Assembly: GCA_964016885.1 (NCBI GenBank)
Contig: OZ024744.1
Span: forward strand, 5,518,001-5,582,000
DNA from: Eledone cirrhosa
Lineage: Eukaryota
Direction of reading: 5' to 3'
Length of the DNA stretch: 64,000 nucleotides
The notes below the pieces were generated by a model. That model was not told the DNA's origin and did not search any database. It saw nothing but the letters and a program-made list of their open reading frames with translations. Each line of letters opens with the position of its first letter. Within the stretch, counting starts at the first letter, position 1. Of the stretch, positions 30,001 through 45,000 are shown one piece after another. The translations under genes were made by a program, and so were the position numbers.

Positions 30001-33000
30001 AGGTGGTAACTGTGGTATAGACAGTTCATCAGGATCAACGGTAGTACCTCACTATATGTGATATATTGAGGTGGTTACGGTGGTATAGAGTTCATCAGGA
30101 TCAATGGTAGTACCTCACTATATGTGACATATTTAGGTGGTAACTGTGGTATAGACAGTCCATCAAGATCAACGGTAGTACCTCACTATATGTGACATAT
30201 TTAGGTGGTAACTGTGGTATAGACAGTTCATCAGGATCAACGGTAGTACCTCACTATATGTGACATATTTAGGTGGTAACTGTGGTATAGACAGTTCATC
30301 AGGATCAACGGTAGTACCTCACTATATATGACATATTTAGGTGGTAACTGTGGTATAGACAGTTCATCAAGATCAACGTTAGTACCTCACTATATGTAAC
30401 ATATTTAGGTGGTAACTGTGGTATTTGAGTTCATCAGGATCAACGGTAGTACCTCACTATATGTGACATATTTAGGTGGTAACTGTGGTATAGACAGTTC
30501 ATCAGGATCAACGGTAGTACCTCACTATATGTGACATATTTAGGTGGTTACGGTGGTATAGAGTTCATCAGGATCAATGGTAGTACCTCACTATATGTGA
30601 CATATTTAGGTGGTAACTGTGGTATAGACAGTTCATCAAGATCAACGGTAGTACCTCACTATATGTGACATATTTAGGTGGTAACTGTGATATAGAGTTC
30701 ATCAGGATCAACGGTAGTACCTCACTCTATGTGACATATTTAGGTGGTAACTGTGGTATAGACAGTTCATCAGGATCAACGGTAGTACCTCACTATATGT
30801 GACATATTTAGGTGGTAACTGTGGTATAGATAGTTCATCAAGATCAACGGTAGTACCTCACTATATGTGACATATTTAGGTGGTAACTGTGGTATAGACA
30901 GTTCATCAGGATCAACGGTAGTACCTCACTATATGTGACATATTTAGGTGGTTACGGTGGTATAGAGTTCATCAGGATCAATGGTAGTACCTCACTATAT
31001 GTGACATATTTAGGTGGTAACTGTGGTATAGACAGTTCATCAAGATCAACGGTAGTACCTCACTATATGTGACATATTTAGGTGGTAACTGTGATATAGA
31101 GCTAATCAGGATCAACGGTAGTACCTCACTATATGTGACATATTTAGGTGGTTACTGTGGTATAGACAGTTCATCAAGATCAACGGTAGTACCTCACTAT
31201 ATGTGACATATTTAGGTGGCAACTGTGGTATAGAGTTCATCAGGATCAACGGTAGTACCTCACTACATGTGACATATTTAGGTGGCAACTGTGGTATAGA
31301 GTTCATCAGGATCAACGGTAGTACCTCACTCTATGTGACATATTTAGGTGGTTACTGTAGTATAGAGTTCATCAGGATCAACGGTAGTACCTCACTATAT
31401 GTGACATATTTAGGTGGTAACTGTGGTATAGACAGTTCATCAGGATCAACGGTAGTACCTCACTATATGTGACATATTTAGGTGGCAACTGTGGTATAGA
31501 GTTCATCAGGATCAACGGTAGTACCTCACTCTATGTGACATATTTAGGTGGTAACTATGGTATAGACAGTCCATCAGGATCAACGGTAGTACCTCACTAT
31601 ATGGGACATATTTAGGTGGTAACTGTGGTATAGACAGTTCATCAGGATCAACGGTAGTACCTCACTATATGTGACATATTTAGGTGGTAACTGTGGTATA
31701 GACAGTTCATCAGGATCAACGGTAGTACCTCACTATATGTGACATATTAAGGTGGTAACTGTGGTATAGACAGTCCATCAGGAACAACGGTAGTACATCA
31801 CTATATGGGACATATTTAGGTGGTAACTGTGGTATAGAGTTCATCAGGATCAACGGTAGTACCTCACTATATGTGACATATTTAGGTGGTAACTGTGGTA
31901 TAGACAGTTCATCATGATCAACGGTAGTACCTCACTACATGTGACATATTTAGGTGGCAACTGTGGTATAGAGTTCATCAGGATCAACGGTAGTACCTCA
32001 CTATATGTGACATATTTAGGTGGTAACTGTGGTATAGACAGTTCATCAAGATCAACGGTAGTACCTCACTATATGTGACATATTGAGGTGGTTACGGTGG
32101 TATAGACAGTTCATCAGGATCAACGGTAGTACCTCACTATATGTGACATATTGAGGTGGTTACGGTGGTATAGACAGTTCATCAGGATCAACGGTAGTAC
32201 CTCACTATATGTGACATATTTAGGTGGTAACTGTGGTATAGAGTTCATCAGGATCAACGGTAGTACCTCACTATATGTGACATATTTAGGTGGCAACTGA
32301 GGTATAGAGTTCATCAGGAACAACGGTAGTACCTCACTATATGTGACATATTTAGGTGGTAACTGTGGTATAGAGTTCATCAGGATCAATGGTAGTACCT
32401 CACTATATGTGACATATTTAGTTGGTAACTGTCATATAGACAGTTCATCAGGATCAATGGTAGTACCTCACTATATGTGACATATTTAGGTGGTTACTGT
32501 GGTATAGAGTTCATAAGGATCAACGGTAGTACCTCACTATATGTGACATATTTAGGTGGTAACTGTGGTATAGACAGTTCATCAGGATCAACGGTAGTAC
32601 CTCACTATATGTGACATATTTAGGTGGCAACTGTGGTATAGAGTTCATCAGGATCAACGGTAGTACCTCACTCTATGTGACATATTTAGGTGGTAACTAT
32701 GGTATAGACAGTCCATCAGGATCAACGGTAGTACCTCACTATATGTGACATATTTAGGTGGTAACTGTGGTATAGACAGTTCATCAGGATCAACGGTAGT
32801 ACCTCACTATATGTGACATATTTAGGTGGTAACTGTGGTATAGACAGTTCATCAGGATCAACGGTAGTACCTCACTATATGTGACATATTTAGGTGGTAA
32901 CTGTGGTATAGACAGTTCATCAAGATCAACGGTAGTACCTCACTATATGTGACATATTTAGGTGGTAACTGTGATATAGAGTTCATCAGGATCAACGGTA

Positions 33001-36000
33001 GTACCTCACTATATGTGACATATTTAGGTGGCAACTGTGGTATAGAGTTCATCAGGATCAACGGTAGTACCTCACTATATGTGACATATTTAGGTGGTAA
33101 CTGTGGTATAGACAGTTCATCAGGATCAACGGTAGTACCTCACTATATGTGACATTTTGAGGTGGTTACGGTGGTATATAGTTCATCAGGATCAATGGTA
33201 GTACCTCACTATATGTGACATATTTAGGTGGTAACTGTGGTATAGAGTTCATCAGGATCAACGGTAGTACCTCACTATATGTGACATATTTAGGTGGTAA
33301 CTGTGGTATAGACAGTCCATCAGGATCAACGGTAGTACCTCACTATATGTGACATATTTAGGTGGTAACTGTGGTATAGAGTTCATCAGGATCAACGGTA
33401 GTACCTCACTATATGTGATATATTTAGGTGGTAACTGTGGTATAGAGTTCATCAGGATCAACGGTAGTACCTCACTATATGTGACATATTTAGGTGGTAA
33501 CTGTAGTATAGAGTTCATCAGGATCAACGGTAGTACCTCACTATATGTGACATATTTAGGTGGTAACTGTGGTATAGAGTTCATCAGGATCAACGGTAGT
33601 ACCTCACTATATGTGACATATTTAGGTGGTAACTGTGGTATAGACAGTTCATCAGGATCAACGGTAGTACCTCACTATATGTGACATATTTAGGTGGTTA
33701 CTGTGGTATAGACAGTTAATCAGGATCAACGGTAGTACCTCACTATATGTGACATATTTAGGTGGTAACTGTGGTATAGACAGTTCATCAGGATCAACGG
33801 TAGTACCTCACTATATGTGACATATTTAGGTGGTAACTGTGGTATAGACAGTTCATCAAGATCAACGGCAGTACCTCACTATATGTGACATATTTAGGTG
33901 GTAACTGTGGTATAGACAGTTCATCAAGATCAACGGTAGTACCTCACTATATGTGACATATTTAGGTGGTAACTGTGATATAGACAGTTCATCAAGATCA
34001 ACGTTAGTACCTCACGATATGTGACATATTTAGGTGGTAACTGTGATATAGACAGTTCATCAAGATCAACGGTAGTACCTCACTATATGTGACATATTTA
34101 GGTGGTAACTGTGGTATAGAGTTCATCAGGATCAACGGTAGTACCTCACTATATGTGACATATTTAGGTGGTAACTGTGGTATAGACAGTTCATCAAGAT
34201 CAACGGTAGTACCTCACTATATGTGACATATTTAGGTGGTAACTGTGGTATAGACAGTTCATCAAGATCAACGGTAGTACCTCACTATATGTGACATATT
34301 TAGGTGGTAACTGTGATATAGACAGTTCATCAAGATCAACGTTAGTACCTCACTATATGTGACATATTTAGGTGGTAACTGTGATATAGACAGTTCATCA
34401 AGATCAACTGTAGTACCTCACTATATGTGACATATTTAGGTGGTAACTGTGGTATAGAGTTCATCAGGATCAACGGTAGTACCTCTCTATATGTGACATA
34501 TTTAGGTGTTAACTGTGGTATAGAGTTCATCAGGATCAACGGTAGTACCTCACTATATGTGACATATTTAGGTGGTAACTGTGGTATAGAGTTCATCAGG
34601 ATCAACGTTAGTACCTCACTATATGTGACATATTTAGGTGGTAACTGTGGTATAGAGTTCATCAGGATCAAAGGTAGTACCTCACTATATGTGACATATT
34701 TAGGTGGTAACTGTGGTATAGAGTTCATCAGGATCAACGGTAGTACCTCACTATATGTGACATATTTAGGTGGTAACTGTGGTATAGAGTTCATCAGGAT
34801 CAACGGTAGTACCTCACTATATATGACATATTTAGGTGGTAACTGTGGTATAGAGTTCATCAGGATCAACGGTAGTACCTCACTATATGTGACATATTTA
34901 GGTGGTAACTGTGGTATAGACAGTTCATCAGGATCAACGGTAGTACCTCACTATATGTGACATATTGAGGTGGTTACGGTGGTATAGAGTTCATCAGGAT
35001 CAATGGTAGTACCTCACTATATGTGACATATTTAGGTGGTAACTGTGGTATAGACAGTCCATCAAGATCAACGGTAGTACCTCACTATATGTGACATATT
35101 TAGGTGGTAACTGTGGTATAGACAGTCCATCAAGATCAACGGTAGTACCTCACTATATGTGACATAATTAGGTGGTAACTGTGGTATAGACAGTTCATCA
35201 GGATCAACGGTAGTACCTCACTATATGTGACATATTTAGGTGGCAACTGTGGTATAGAGTTCATCAGGATCAACGGTAGTACCTCACTATATGTGACATA
35301 TTTAGGTGGTAACTATGGTATAGACAGTCCATCAAGATCAACGGTAGTACCTCACTATATGTGACATATTTAGGTGGTAACTGTGGTATAGACAGTACAT
35401 CAAGATCAACGGTAGTACCTCACTATATGTGACATATTTAGGTGGTAACTGTGGTATAGACAGTTCATCAGGTTCAACGGTAGTACCTCACTATATGTGA
35501 CATATTTAGGTGGTAACTGTGATATAGACAGTTCATCAGGATCAACGGTAGTACCTCACTATATGTGACATATTTAGGTGGTAACTGTGGTATAGAGTTC
35601 ATCAGGATCAACGGTAGTACCTCACTATATGTGACATATTTAGGTGGTAACTGTGGTATAGACAGTTCATCAGGATCAACGGTAGTACCTCACTATATGT
35701 GACATATTTAGGTGGTTACGGTGGTATAGAGTTCATCAGGATCAATGGTAGTACCTCACTATATGTGACATATTTAGGTGGTAACTGTGGTATAGACAGT
35801 TCATCAAGATCAACGGTAGTACCTCACTATATGTGACATATTTAGGTGGTAACTGTGATATAGAGTTCATCAGGATCAACGGTAGTACCTCACTCTATGT
35901 GACATATTTAGGTGGTAACTGTGGTATATAGTTCATCAGGATCAACGTTAGTACCTCACTATATGTGACATATTTAGGTGGTAACTGTGGTATAGACAGT

Positions 36001-39000
36001 CCATCAGGATCAACGGTAGTACCTAACTATATGTGACATATTTAGGTGGTAACTGTGGTATAGACAGTTCATCAGGATCAACGGTAGTACCTCACTATAT
36101 GTGACATATTTAGGTGGTAACTGTGGTATAGACAGTTCATCAAGATCAACGGTAGTACCTCACTATATGTGACATATTTAGGTGGTAACTGTGGTATAGA
36201 CAGTTCATCAAGATCAACTGTAGTACCTCACTATATGTGACATATTTAGGTGGTAACTGTGATATAGAGTTCATCAGGATCAACGGTAGTACCTCACTAT
36301 ATGTGACATATTTAGGTGGTAACTGTGATATATAGCTAATCAGGATCAACGGTAGTACCTCACTATATGTGACATATTTAGGTGGTTACTGTGGTATAGA
36401 CAGTTCATCAAGATCAACGGTAGTACCTCACTATATGTGACATATTTAGGTGGCAACTGTGGTATAGAGTTCATCAGGATCAACGGTAGTACCTCACTAC
36501 ATGTGACATATTTAGGTGGCAACTGTGGTATAGAGTTCATCAGGATCAACGGTAGTACCTCACTCTATGTGACATATTTAGGTGGTTACTGTAGTATAGA
36601 GTTCATCAGGATCAACGGTAGTACCTCACTATATGTGACATATTTAGGTGGTAACTGTGGTATAGACAGTTCATCAGGATCAACGGCAGTACCTCACTAT
36701 ATGTGACATATTTAGGTGGCAACTGAGGTATAGAGTTCATCAGGATCAACGGTAGTACCTCACTATATGTGACATATTTAGGTGGTAACTGTGGTATAGA
36801 GTTCATCAGGATCAACGGTAGTACCTCACTATATGTGACATATTTAGGTGGTAACTGTGGTATAGACAGTTCATCAGGATCAACGGTAGTACCTCACTAT
36901 ATGGGACATATTTAGGTGGTAACTGTGGTATAGAGTTCATCAGGATCAACGGTAGTACCTCACTATATGTGACATATTTAGGTGGTAACTGTGGTATAGA
37001 CAGTTCATCATGATCAACGGTAGTACCTCACTATATGTGACATATTTAGGTGGTAACTGTGGTATAGACAGTTCATCAGGATCAACGGTAGTACCTCACT
37101 ATATGTGACATATTTAGGTGGTAACTGTTGTATAGACAGTTCATCAGGCTCAACGGTAGTACCTCACTATATGTGACATATTTAGGTGGTAACTGTGGTA
37201 TAGACAGTTCATCAAGATCAACGGTAGTACCTCACTACATGTGACATATTTAGGTGGCAACTGTGGTATAGAGTTCATCAGGATCAACGGTAGTACCTCA
37301 CTATATGTGACATATTTAGGTGGTAACTGTGGTATAGACAGTTCATCAAGATCAACGGTAGTACCTCACTATATGTGACATATTGAGGTGGTTACGGTGG
37401 TATAGACAGTTCATCAGAATCAACGGTAGTACCTCACTATATGTGACATATTGAGGTGGTTACGGTGGTATAGACAGTTCATCAGGATCAACGGTAGTAC
37501 CTCACTATATGTGACATATTTAGGTGGTAACTGTGGTATAGAGTTCATCAGGATCAACGGTAGGACCTCACTATATATGACATATTTAGGTTGTAACTGT
37601 GGTATAGAGTTCATCAGGATCAACGGTAGTACCTCAGTATATGTGACATATTTAGGTGGCAACTGAGGTATAGAGTTCATCAGGAACAACGGTAGTACCT
37701 CACTATATGTGACATATTTAGGTGGTAACTGTGGTATAGAGTTCATCAGGATCAACGGTAGTACCTCAGTATATGTGACATATTTAGGTGGCAACTGAGG
37801 TATAGAGTTCATCAGGAACAACGGTAGTACCTCACTATATGTGACATATTTAGGTGGTAACTGTGGTATAGAGTTCATCAGGATCAATGGTAGTACCTCA
37901 CTATATGTGACATATTTAGTTGGTAACTGTCATATAGACAGTTCATCAGGATCAATGGTAGTACCTCACTATATGTGACATATTTAGGTGGTTACTGTGG
38001 TATAGAGTTCATCAGGATCAACGGTAGTACCTCACTATATGTGACATATTTAGGTGGTAACTGTGGTATAGACAGTTCATCAGGATCAACGGTAGTACCT
38101 CACTATATGTGACATATTTAGGTGGTAACTGTGGTATAGACAGTTCATCAGGATCAACGGTAGTACCTCACTATATGTGACATATTTAGGTGGTAACTGT
38201 GGTATAGACAGTTCATCAAGATCAACGGTAGTACCTCACTATATGTGACATATTTAGGTGGTAACTGTGGTATAGAGTTCATCAGGATCAACGGTAGTAC
38301 CTCACTATATGTGACATATTTAGGTGGCAACTGTGGTATAGAGTTCATCAGGATCAACGGTAGTACCTCACTATATGTGACATATTTAGGTGGTAACTGT
38401 GGTATAGACAGTTCATCAGGATCAACGGTAGTACCTCACTATATGTGACATATTGAGGTGGTTACGGTGGTATAGAGTTCATCAGGATCAATGGTAGTAC
38501 CTCACTATATGTGACATATTTAGGTGGTAACTGTGGTATAGACAGTTCATCAGGATCAACGGTAGTACCTCACTATATGTGACATATTTAGGTGGTAACT
38601 GTGGTATAGACAGTTCATCAGGATCAACGGTAGTACCTCACTATATGTGACATATTTAGGTGGTAACTGTGGTATAGACAGTTCATCAAGATCAACGGTA
38701 GTACCTCACTATATGTGACATATTTAGGTGGTAACTGTGGTATAGAGTTCATCAGGATCAACGGTAGTACCTCACTATATGTGATATATTTAGGTGGTAA
38801 CTGTGGTATAGTGTTCATCAGGATCAACGGTAGTACCTCACTATATGTGACATATTTAGGTGGTAACTGTAGTATAGAGTTCATCAGGATCAACGGTAGT
38901 ACCTCACTATATGTGACATATTTAGGTGGTAACTGTGATATAGACAGTTCATCAGGATCAACGGTAGTACCTCACTATATGTGACATATTTAGGTGGCAA

Positions 39001-42000
39001 CTGTGGTATAGACAGTCCATCAAGATCAACGGTAGTACCTCACTCTATGTGACATATTTAGGTGGTAACTGTGGTATAGAGTTCATCAGGATCAACGGTA
39101 GTACCTCACTATATGTGACATATTTAGGTGGTAACTGTGGTATAGACAGTTCATCAGGTTCAACGGTAGTACCTCACTATATGTGACATATTTAGGTGGT
39201 AACTGTGGTATAGACAGTTCATCAGGATCAACGGTAGTACCTCACTATATATGACATATTTAGGTGGTAACTGTGGTATAGACAGTTCAACAGGATCAAC
39301 AGTAGTACCTCACTATATGTGACATATTGAGGTGGTAACTGTGGTATAGAGTTCATCAGGATCAACGGTAGTACCTCACTATATGTGACATATTTAGGTG
39401 GTAACTGTAGTATAGAGTTCATCAGGATCAACGGTAGTACCTCACTCTATGTGACATATTTAGGTGGTAACTGTGATATAGAGCTAATCAAGATCAACGG
39501 TAGTACCTCACTATATGTGACATATTTAGGTGGTAACTGTGGTATAGAGTTCATCAGGATCAACGGTAGTACCTCACTATATGTGACATATTTAGGTGGT
39601 AACTGTGATATAGAGCTAATCAAGATCAACGGTAGTACCTCACTATATGTGACATATTTAGGTGGTAACTGTGGTATAGACAGTTCATCAGGATCAACGG
39701 TAGTACCTCACTATATGTGACATATTTAGGTGGTAACTGTGGTATAGACAGTTCATCAGGATCAACGGTAGTACCTCACTATATGTGACATATTTAGGTG
39801 GTAACTGTGATATAGAGTTCATCAGGATCAACGGTAGTACCTCACTATATGTGACATATTTAGGTGGTAACTGTGATATAGAGCTAATCAAGATCAACGG
39901 TAGTACCTCACTATATGTGACATATTTAGGTGGTAACTGTGGTATAGAGTTCATCAGGATCAACGGTAGTACCTCACTATATGTGACATATTTAGGTGGT
40001 AATTGTGGTATAAAATCCTTCATGATCAACGTTAGTACCTCACTCTATGTGACATATTTAGGTGGTAACTGTGGTATAGAGTTCATCAGGATCAACGGTA
40101 GTACCTCACTATATGTGACATATTTAGGTGGTACCTGTGGTATAGAGTTCATCAGGATCAACGGTAGTACCTCACTATATGTGACATATTTAGGTGTTAA
40201 CTGTGATATAGACAGTTCATCAGGATCAACTGTAGTACCTCACTATATGTGACATATTTAGGTGGTAACTGTGGTATAGACAGTTCATCAGGATCAACGG
40301 TAGTACCTCACTATATGTGACATATTTAGGTGGTAACTGTGGTATAGACAGTTCATCAGGATCAACGGTAGTACCTCACTATATGTGACATATTTAGGTG
40401 GTAACTGTGGTATAGAGTTCATCAAGATCAACGGTAGTACCTCACTATATGTGACATATTTAGGTGGTAACTGTGGTATAGACAGTTCATCAAGATCAAC
40501 GGTAGTACCTCACTATATGTGACATATTTAGGTGGTAACTGTGGTATAGACAGTTCATCAAGATCAACGGTAGTACCTCACTATATGTGACATATTTAGG
40601 TGGTAACTGTGGTATAGACAGTCCATCATGATCAACGGTAGTACCTCACTATATGTGACATATTTAGGTGGTAACTGTGGTATAGACAGTTCATCAGGAT
40701 CAACGGTAGTACCTCACTATATGTGACATATTTAGGTGGTTACTGTGATATAGACAGTTTATCAAGATCAACGGTAGTACCTCACTATATGTGACATATT
40801 TAGGTGGTAACTGTGGTATAGACAGTTTATCAAGATCAACGGTAGTACCTCACTATATGTGACATATTTAGGTGGTAACTGTGGTATAGAGTTCATCAGG
40901 ATCAACGGTAGTACCTCACTATATGTGACATATTTAGGTGGTAACTGTGGTATAGAGTTCATCAAGATCAACGCTAGTACCTCACTATATGTGACATATT
41001 TAGGTGGTAACTGTGGTATAGAGTTCATCAGGATCAACGGTAGTACCTCACTATATGTGACATATTTAGGTGGTAACTGTGATATAGACAGTTCATCAGG
41101 ATCAACGGTAGTACCTCACTATATGTGACATATTTAGGTGGTAACTGTGGTATAGACAGTTCATCAGGTTCAACGGTAGTACCTCACTATATGTGACATA
41201 TTTAGGTGGTAACTGTGGTATAGACAGTTCATCAGGATCAACGGTAGTACCTCACTATATGTGACATATTTAGGTGGTAACTGTAGTATAGACAGTTCAT
41301 CAGGAGCAACGGTAGTACCTCACTATATGTGGCATATTTAGGTGGCAACTGTGGTATAGAGTTCATCAGGATCAACGGTAGTACCTCACTCTATGTGACA
41401 TATTTAGGTGGTAACTGTGGTATAGACAGTTCATCAGGATCAACGGTAGTACCTCACTATATGTGACATATTTAGGTGGTAACTGTAGTATAGAGTTCAT
41501 CAGGATCAACGGTAGTACCTCACTCTATGTGACATATTTAGGTGGTAACTGTGGTATAGAGCTAATCAAGATCAACGGTAGTACCTCACTATATGTGACA
41601 TATTTAGGTGGTAACTGTGGTATAGAGCTAATCAAGATCAACGGTAGTACCTCACTATATGTGACATATTTAGGTGGTAACTGTGGTATAGAGTTCATCA
41701 GGATCAACGGTAGTACCTCACTATATGTGACATATTTAGGTGGTAACTGTAGTATAGACAGTTCATCAAGATCAACGGTAGTACCTCACTATATGTGACA
41801 TGTTTAGGTGGTAACTGTGGTATAGACAGTTCATCAAGATCAACGGTAGTACCTCACTATATGTGACATATTTAGGTGGTAACTGTGGTATAGACAGTTC
41901 ATCAGGATCAACGGTAGTACCTCACTATATATGACATATTTAGGTGGTAACTGTGGTATAGACAGTCCATCAGGATCAACGGTAGTACCTCACTATATGT

Positions 42001-45000
42001 GACATATTTAGGTGGTAACTGTGGTATAGAGTTCATCAGGATCAACGGTAGTACCTCACTATATGTGACATATTTAGGTGGTAACTGTGGTATAGAGTTC
42101 ATCAGTATCAACGGTAGTACCTCACTATATGTGACATATTTAGGTGGTAACTGTGGTATAGACAGTTCATCAGGATTAACGGTAGTACCTCACTATATGT
42201 GACATATTTAGGTGGTAACTGTGGTATAGACAGTTCATCAAGATCAACGGTAGTACCTCACTATATGTGACATATTTAGGTGGTAACTGTGGTATAGAGT
42301 TCATCAGGATCAACGGTAGTACCTCACTATATGTGACATATTTAGGTGGTAACTGTGGTATAGAGTTCATCAGGATCAACGGTAGTACCTCACTATATGT
42401 GACATATTTAGGTGGTAACTGTGGTATAGAGTTCATCAGGATCAACGGTAGTACCTCACTATATATGACATATTTAGGTGGTAACTGTGGTATAGACAGT
42501 TCATCAGGATCAACGGTAGTACCTCACTATATGTGACATATTGAGGTGGTTACGGTGGTATAGAGTTCATCAGGATAAATGGTAGTACCTCACTATATGT
42601 GACATATTTAGGTGGTAACTGTGGTATAGACAGTCCATCAAGATCAACGGTAGTACCTCACTATATGTGACATATTTAGGTGGTAACTGTGGTATAGACA
42701 GTTCATCAGGATCAACGGTAGTACCTCACTATATGTGACATATTGAGGTGGTTACGGTGGTATAGAGTTCATCAGGATCAATGGTAGTACCTCACTATAT
42801 GTGACATATTTAGGTGGTAACTGTGGTATAGACAGTCCATCAAGATCAACGGTAGTACCTCACTATATGTGACATATTTAGGTGGTAACTGTGGTATAGA
42901 CAGTTCATCAGGATCAACGGTAGTACCTCACTATATGTGACATATTGAGGTGGTTACGGTGGTATAGAGTTCATCAGGATCAATGGTAGTACCTCACTAT
43001 ATGTGACATATTTAGGTGGTAACTGTGGTATAGACAGTCCATCAAGATCAACGGTAGTACCTCACTATATGTGACATATTTAGGTGGTAACTGTGGTATA
43101 GACAGTCCATCAAGATCAACGGTAGTACCTCACTATATGTGACATATTTAGGTGGTAACTGTGGTATAGACAGTTCATCAGGATCAACGGTAGTACCTCA
43201 CTATATGTGACATATTTAGGTGGCAACTGTGGTATAGAGTTCATCAGGATCAACGGTAGTACCTCACTATATGTGACATATTTAGGTGGTAACTATGGTA
43301 TAGACAGTCCATCAAGATCAACGGTAGTACCTCACTATATGTGACATATTTAGGTGGTAACTGTGGTATAGACAGTACATCAAGATCAACGGTAGTACCT
43401 CACTATATGTGACATATTTAGGTGGTAACTGTGGTATAGACAGTTCATCAGGTTCAACGGTAGTACCTCACTATATGTGACATATTTAGGTGGTAACTGT
43501 GATATAGACAGTTCATCAGGATCAACGGTAGTACCTCACTATATGTGACATATTTAGGTGGTAACTGTGGTATAGACAGTTCATCAGGATCAACGGTAGT
43601 ACCTCACTATATATGACATATTTAGGTGGTAACTGTGGTATAGACAGTTCATCAAGATCAACGTTAGTACCTCACTATATGTGACATATTTAGGTGGTAA
43701 CTGTGGTATAGAGTTCATCAGGATCAACGGTAGTACCTCACTATATGTGACATATTTAGGTGGTAACTGTGGTATAGACAGTTCATCAGGATCAACGGTA
43801 GTACCTCACTATATGTGACATATTTAGGTGGTTACGGTGGTATAGAGTTCATCAGGATCAATGGTAGTACCTCACTATATGTGACATATTTAGGTGGTAA
43901 CTGTGGTATAGACAGTTCATCAAGATCAACGGTAGTACCTCACTATATGTGACATATTTAGGTGGTAACTGTGATATAGAGTTCATCAGGATCAACGGTA
44001 GTACCTCACTCTATGTGACATATTTAGGTGGTAACTGTGGTATAGACAGTTCATCAAGATCAACGTTAGTACCTCACTATATGTGACATATTTAGGTGGT
44101 AACTGTGGTATAGACAGTCCATCAGGATCAACGGTAGTACCTAACTATATGTGACATATTTAGGTGGTAACTGTGGTATAGACAGTTCATCAGGATCAAC
44201 GGTAGTACCTCACTATATGTGACATATTTAGGTGGTAACTGTGGTATAGACAGTTCATCAAGATCAACGGTAGTACCTCACTATATGTGACATATTTAGG
44301 TGGTAACTGTGGTATAGACAGTTCATCAAGATCAACTGTAGTACCTCACTATATGTGACATATTTAGGTGGTAACTGTGATATAGAGTTCATCAGGATCA
44401 ACGGTAGTACCTCACTATATGTGACATATTTAGGTGGTAACTGTGATATAGAGCTAATCAGGATCAACGGTAGTACCTCACTATATGTGACATATTTAGG
44501 TGGTTACTGTGGTATAGACAGTTCATCAAGATCAACGGTAGTACCTCACTATATGTGACATATTTAGGTGGCAACTGTGGTATAGAGTTCATCAGGATCA
44601 ACGGTAGTACCTCACTACATGTGACATATTTAGGTGGCAACTGTGGTATAGAGTTCATCAGGATCAACGGTAGTACCTCACTGTATGTGACATATTTAGG
44701 TGGTTACTGTAGTATAGAGTTCATCAGGATCAACGGTAGTACCTCACTATATGTGACATATTTAGGTGGTAACTGTGGTATAGACAGTTCATCAGGATCA
44801 ACGGTAGTACCTCACTATATGTGACATATTTAGGTGGCAACTGAGGTATAGAGTTCATCAGGATCAACGGTAGTACCTCACTATATGTGACATATTTAGG
44901 TGGTAACTGTGGTATAGAGTTCATCAGGATCAACGGTAGTACCTCACTATATGTGACATATTTAGGTGGTAACTGTGGTATAGACAGTTCATCAGGATCA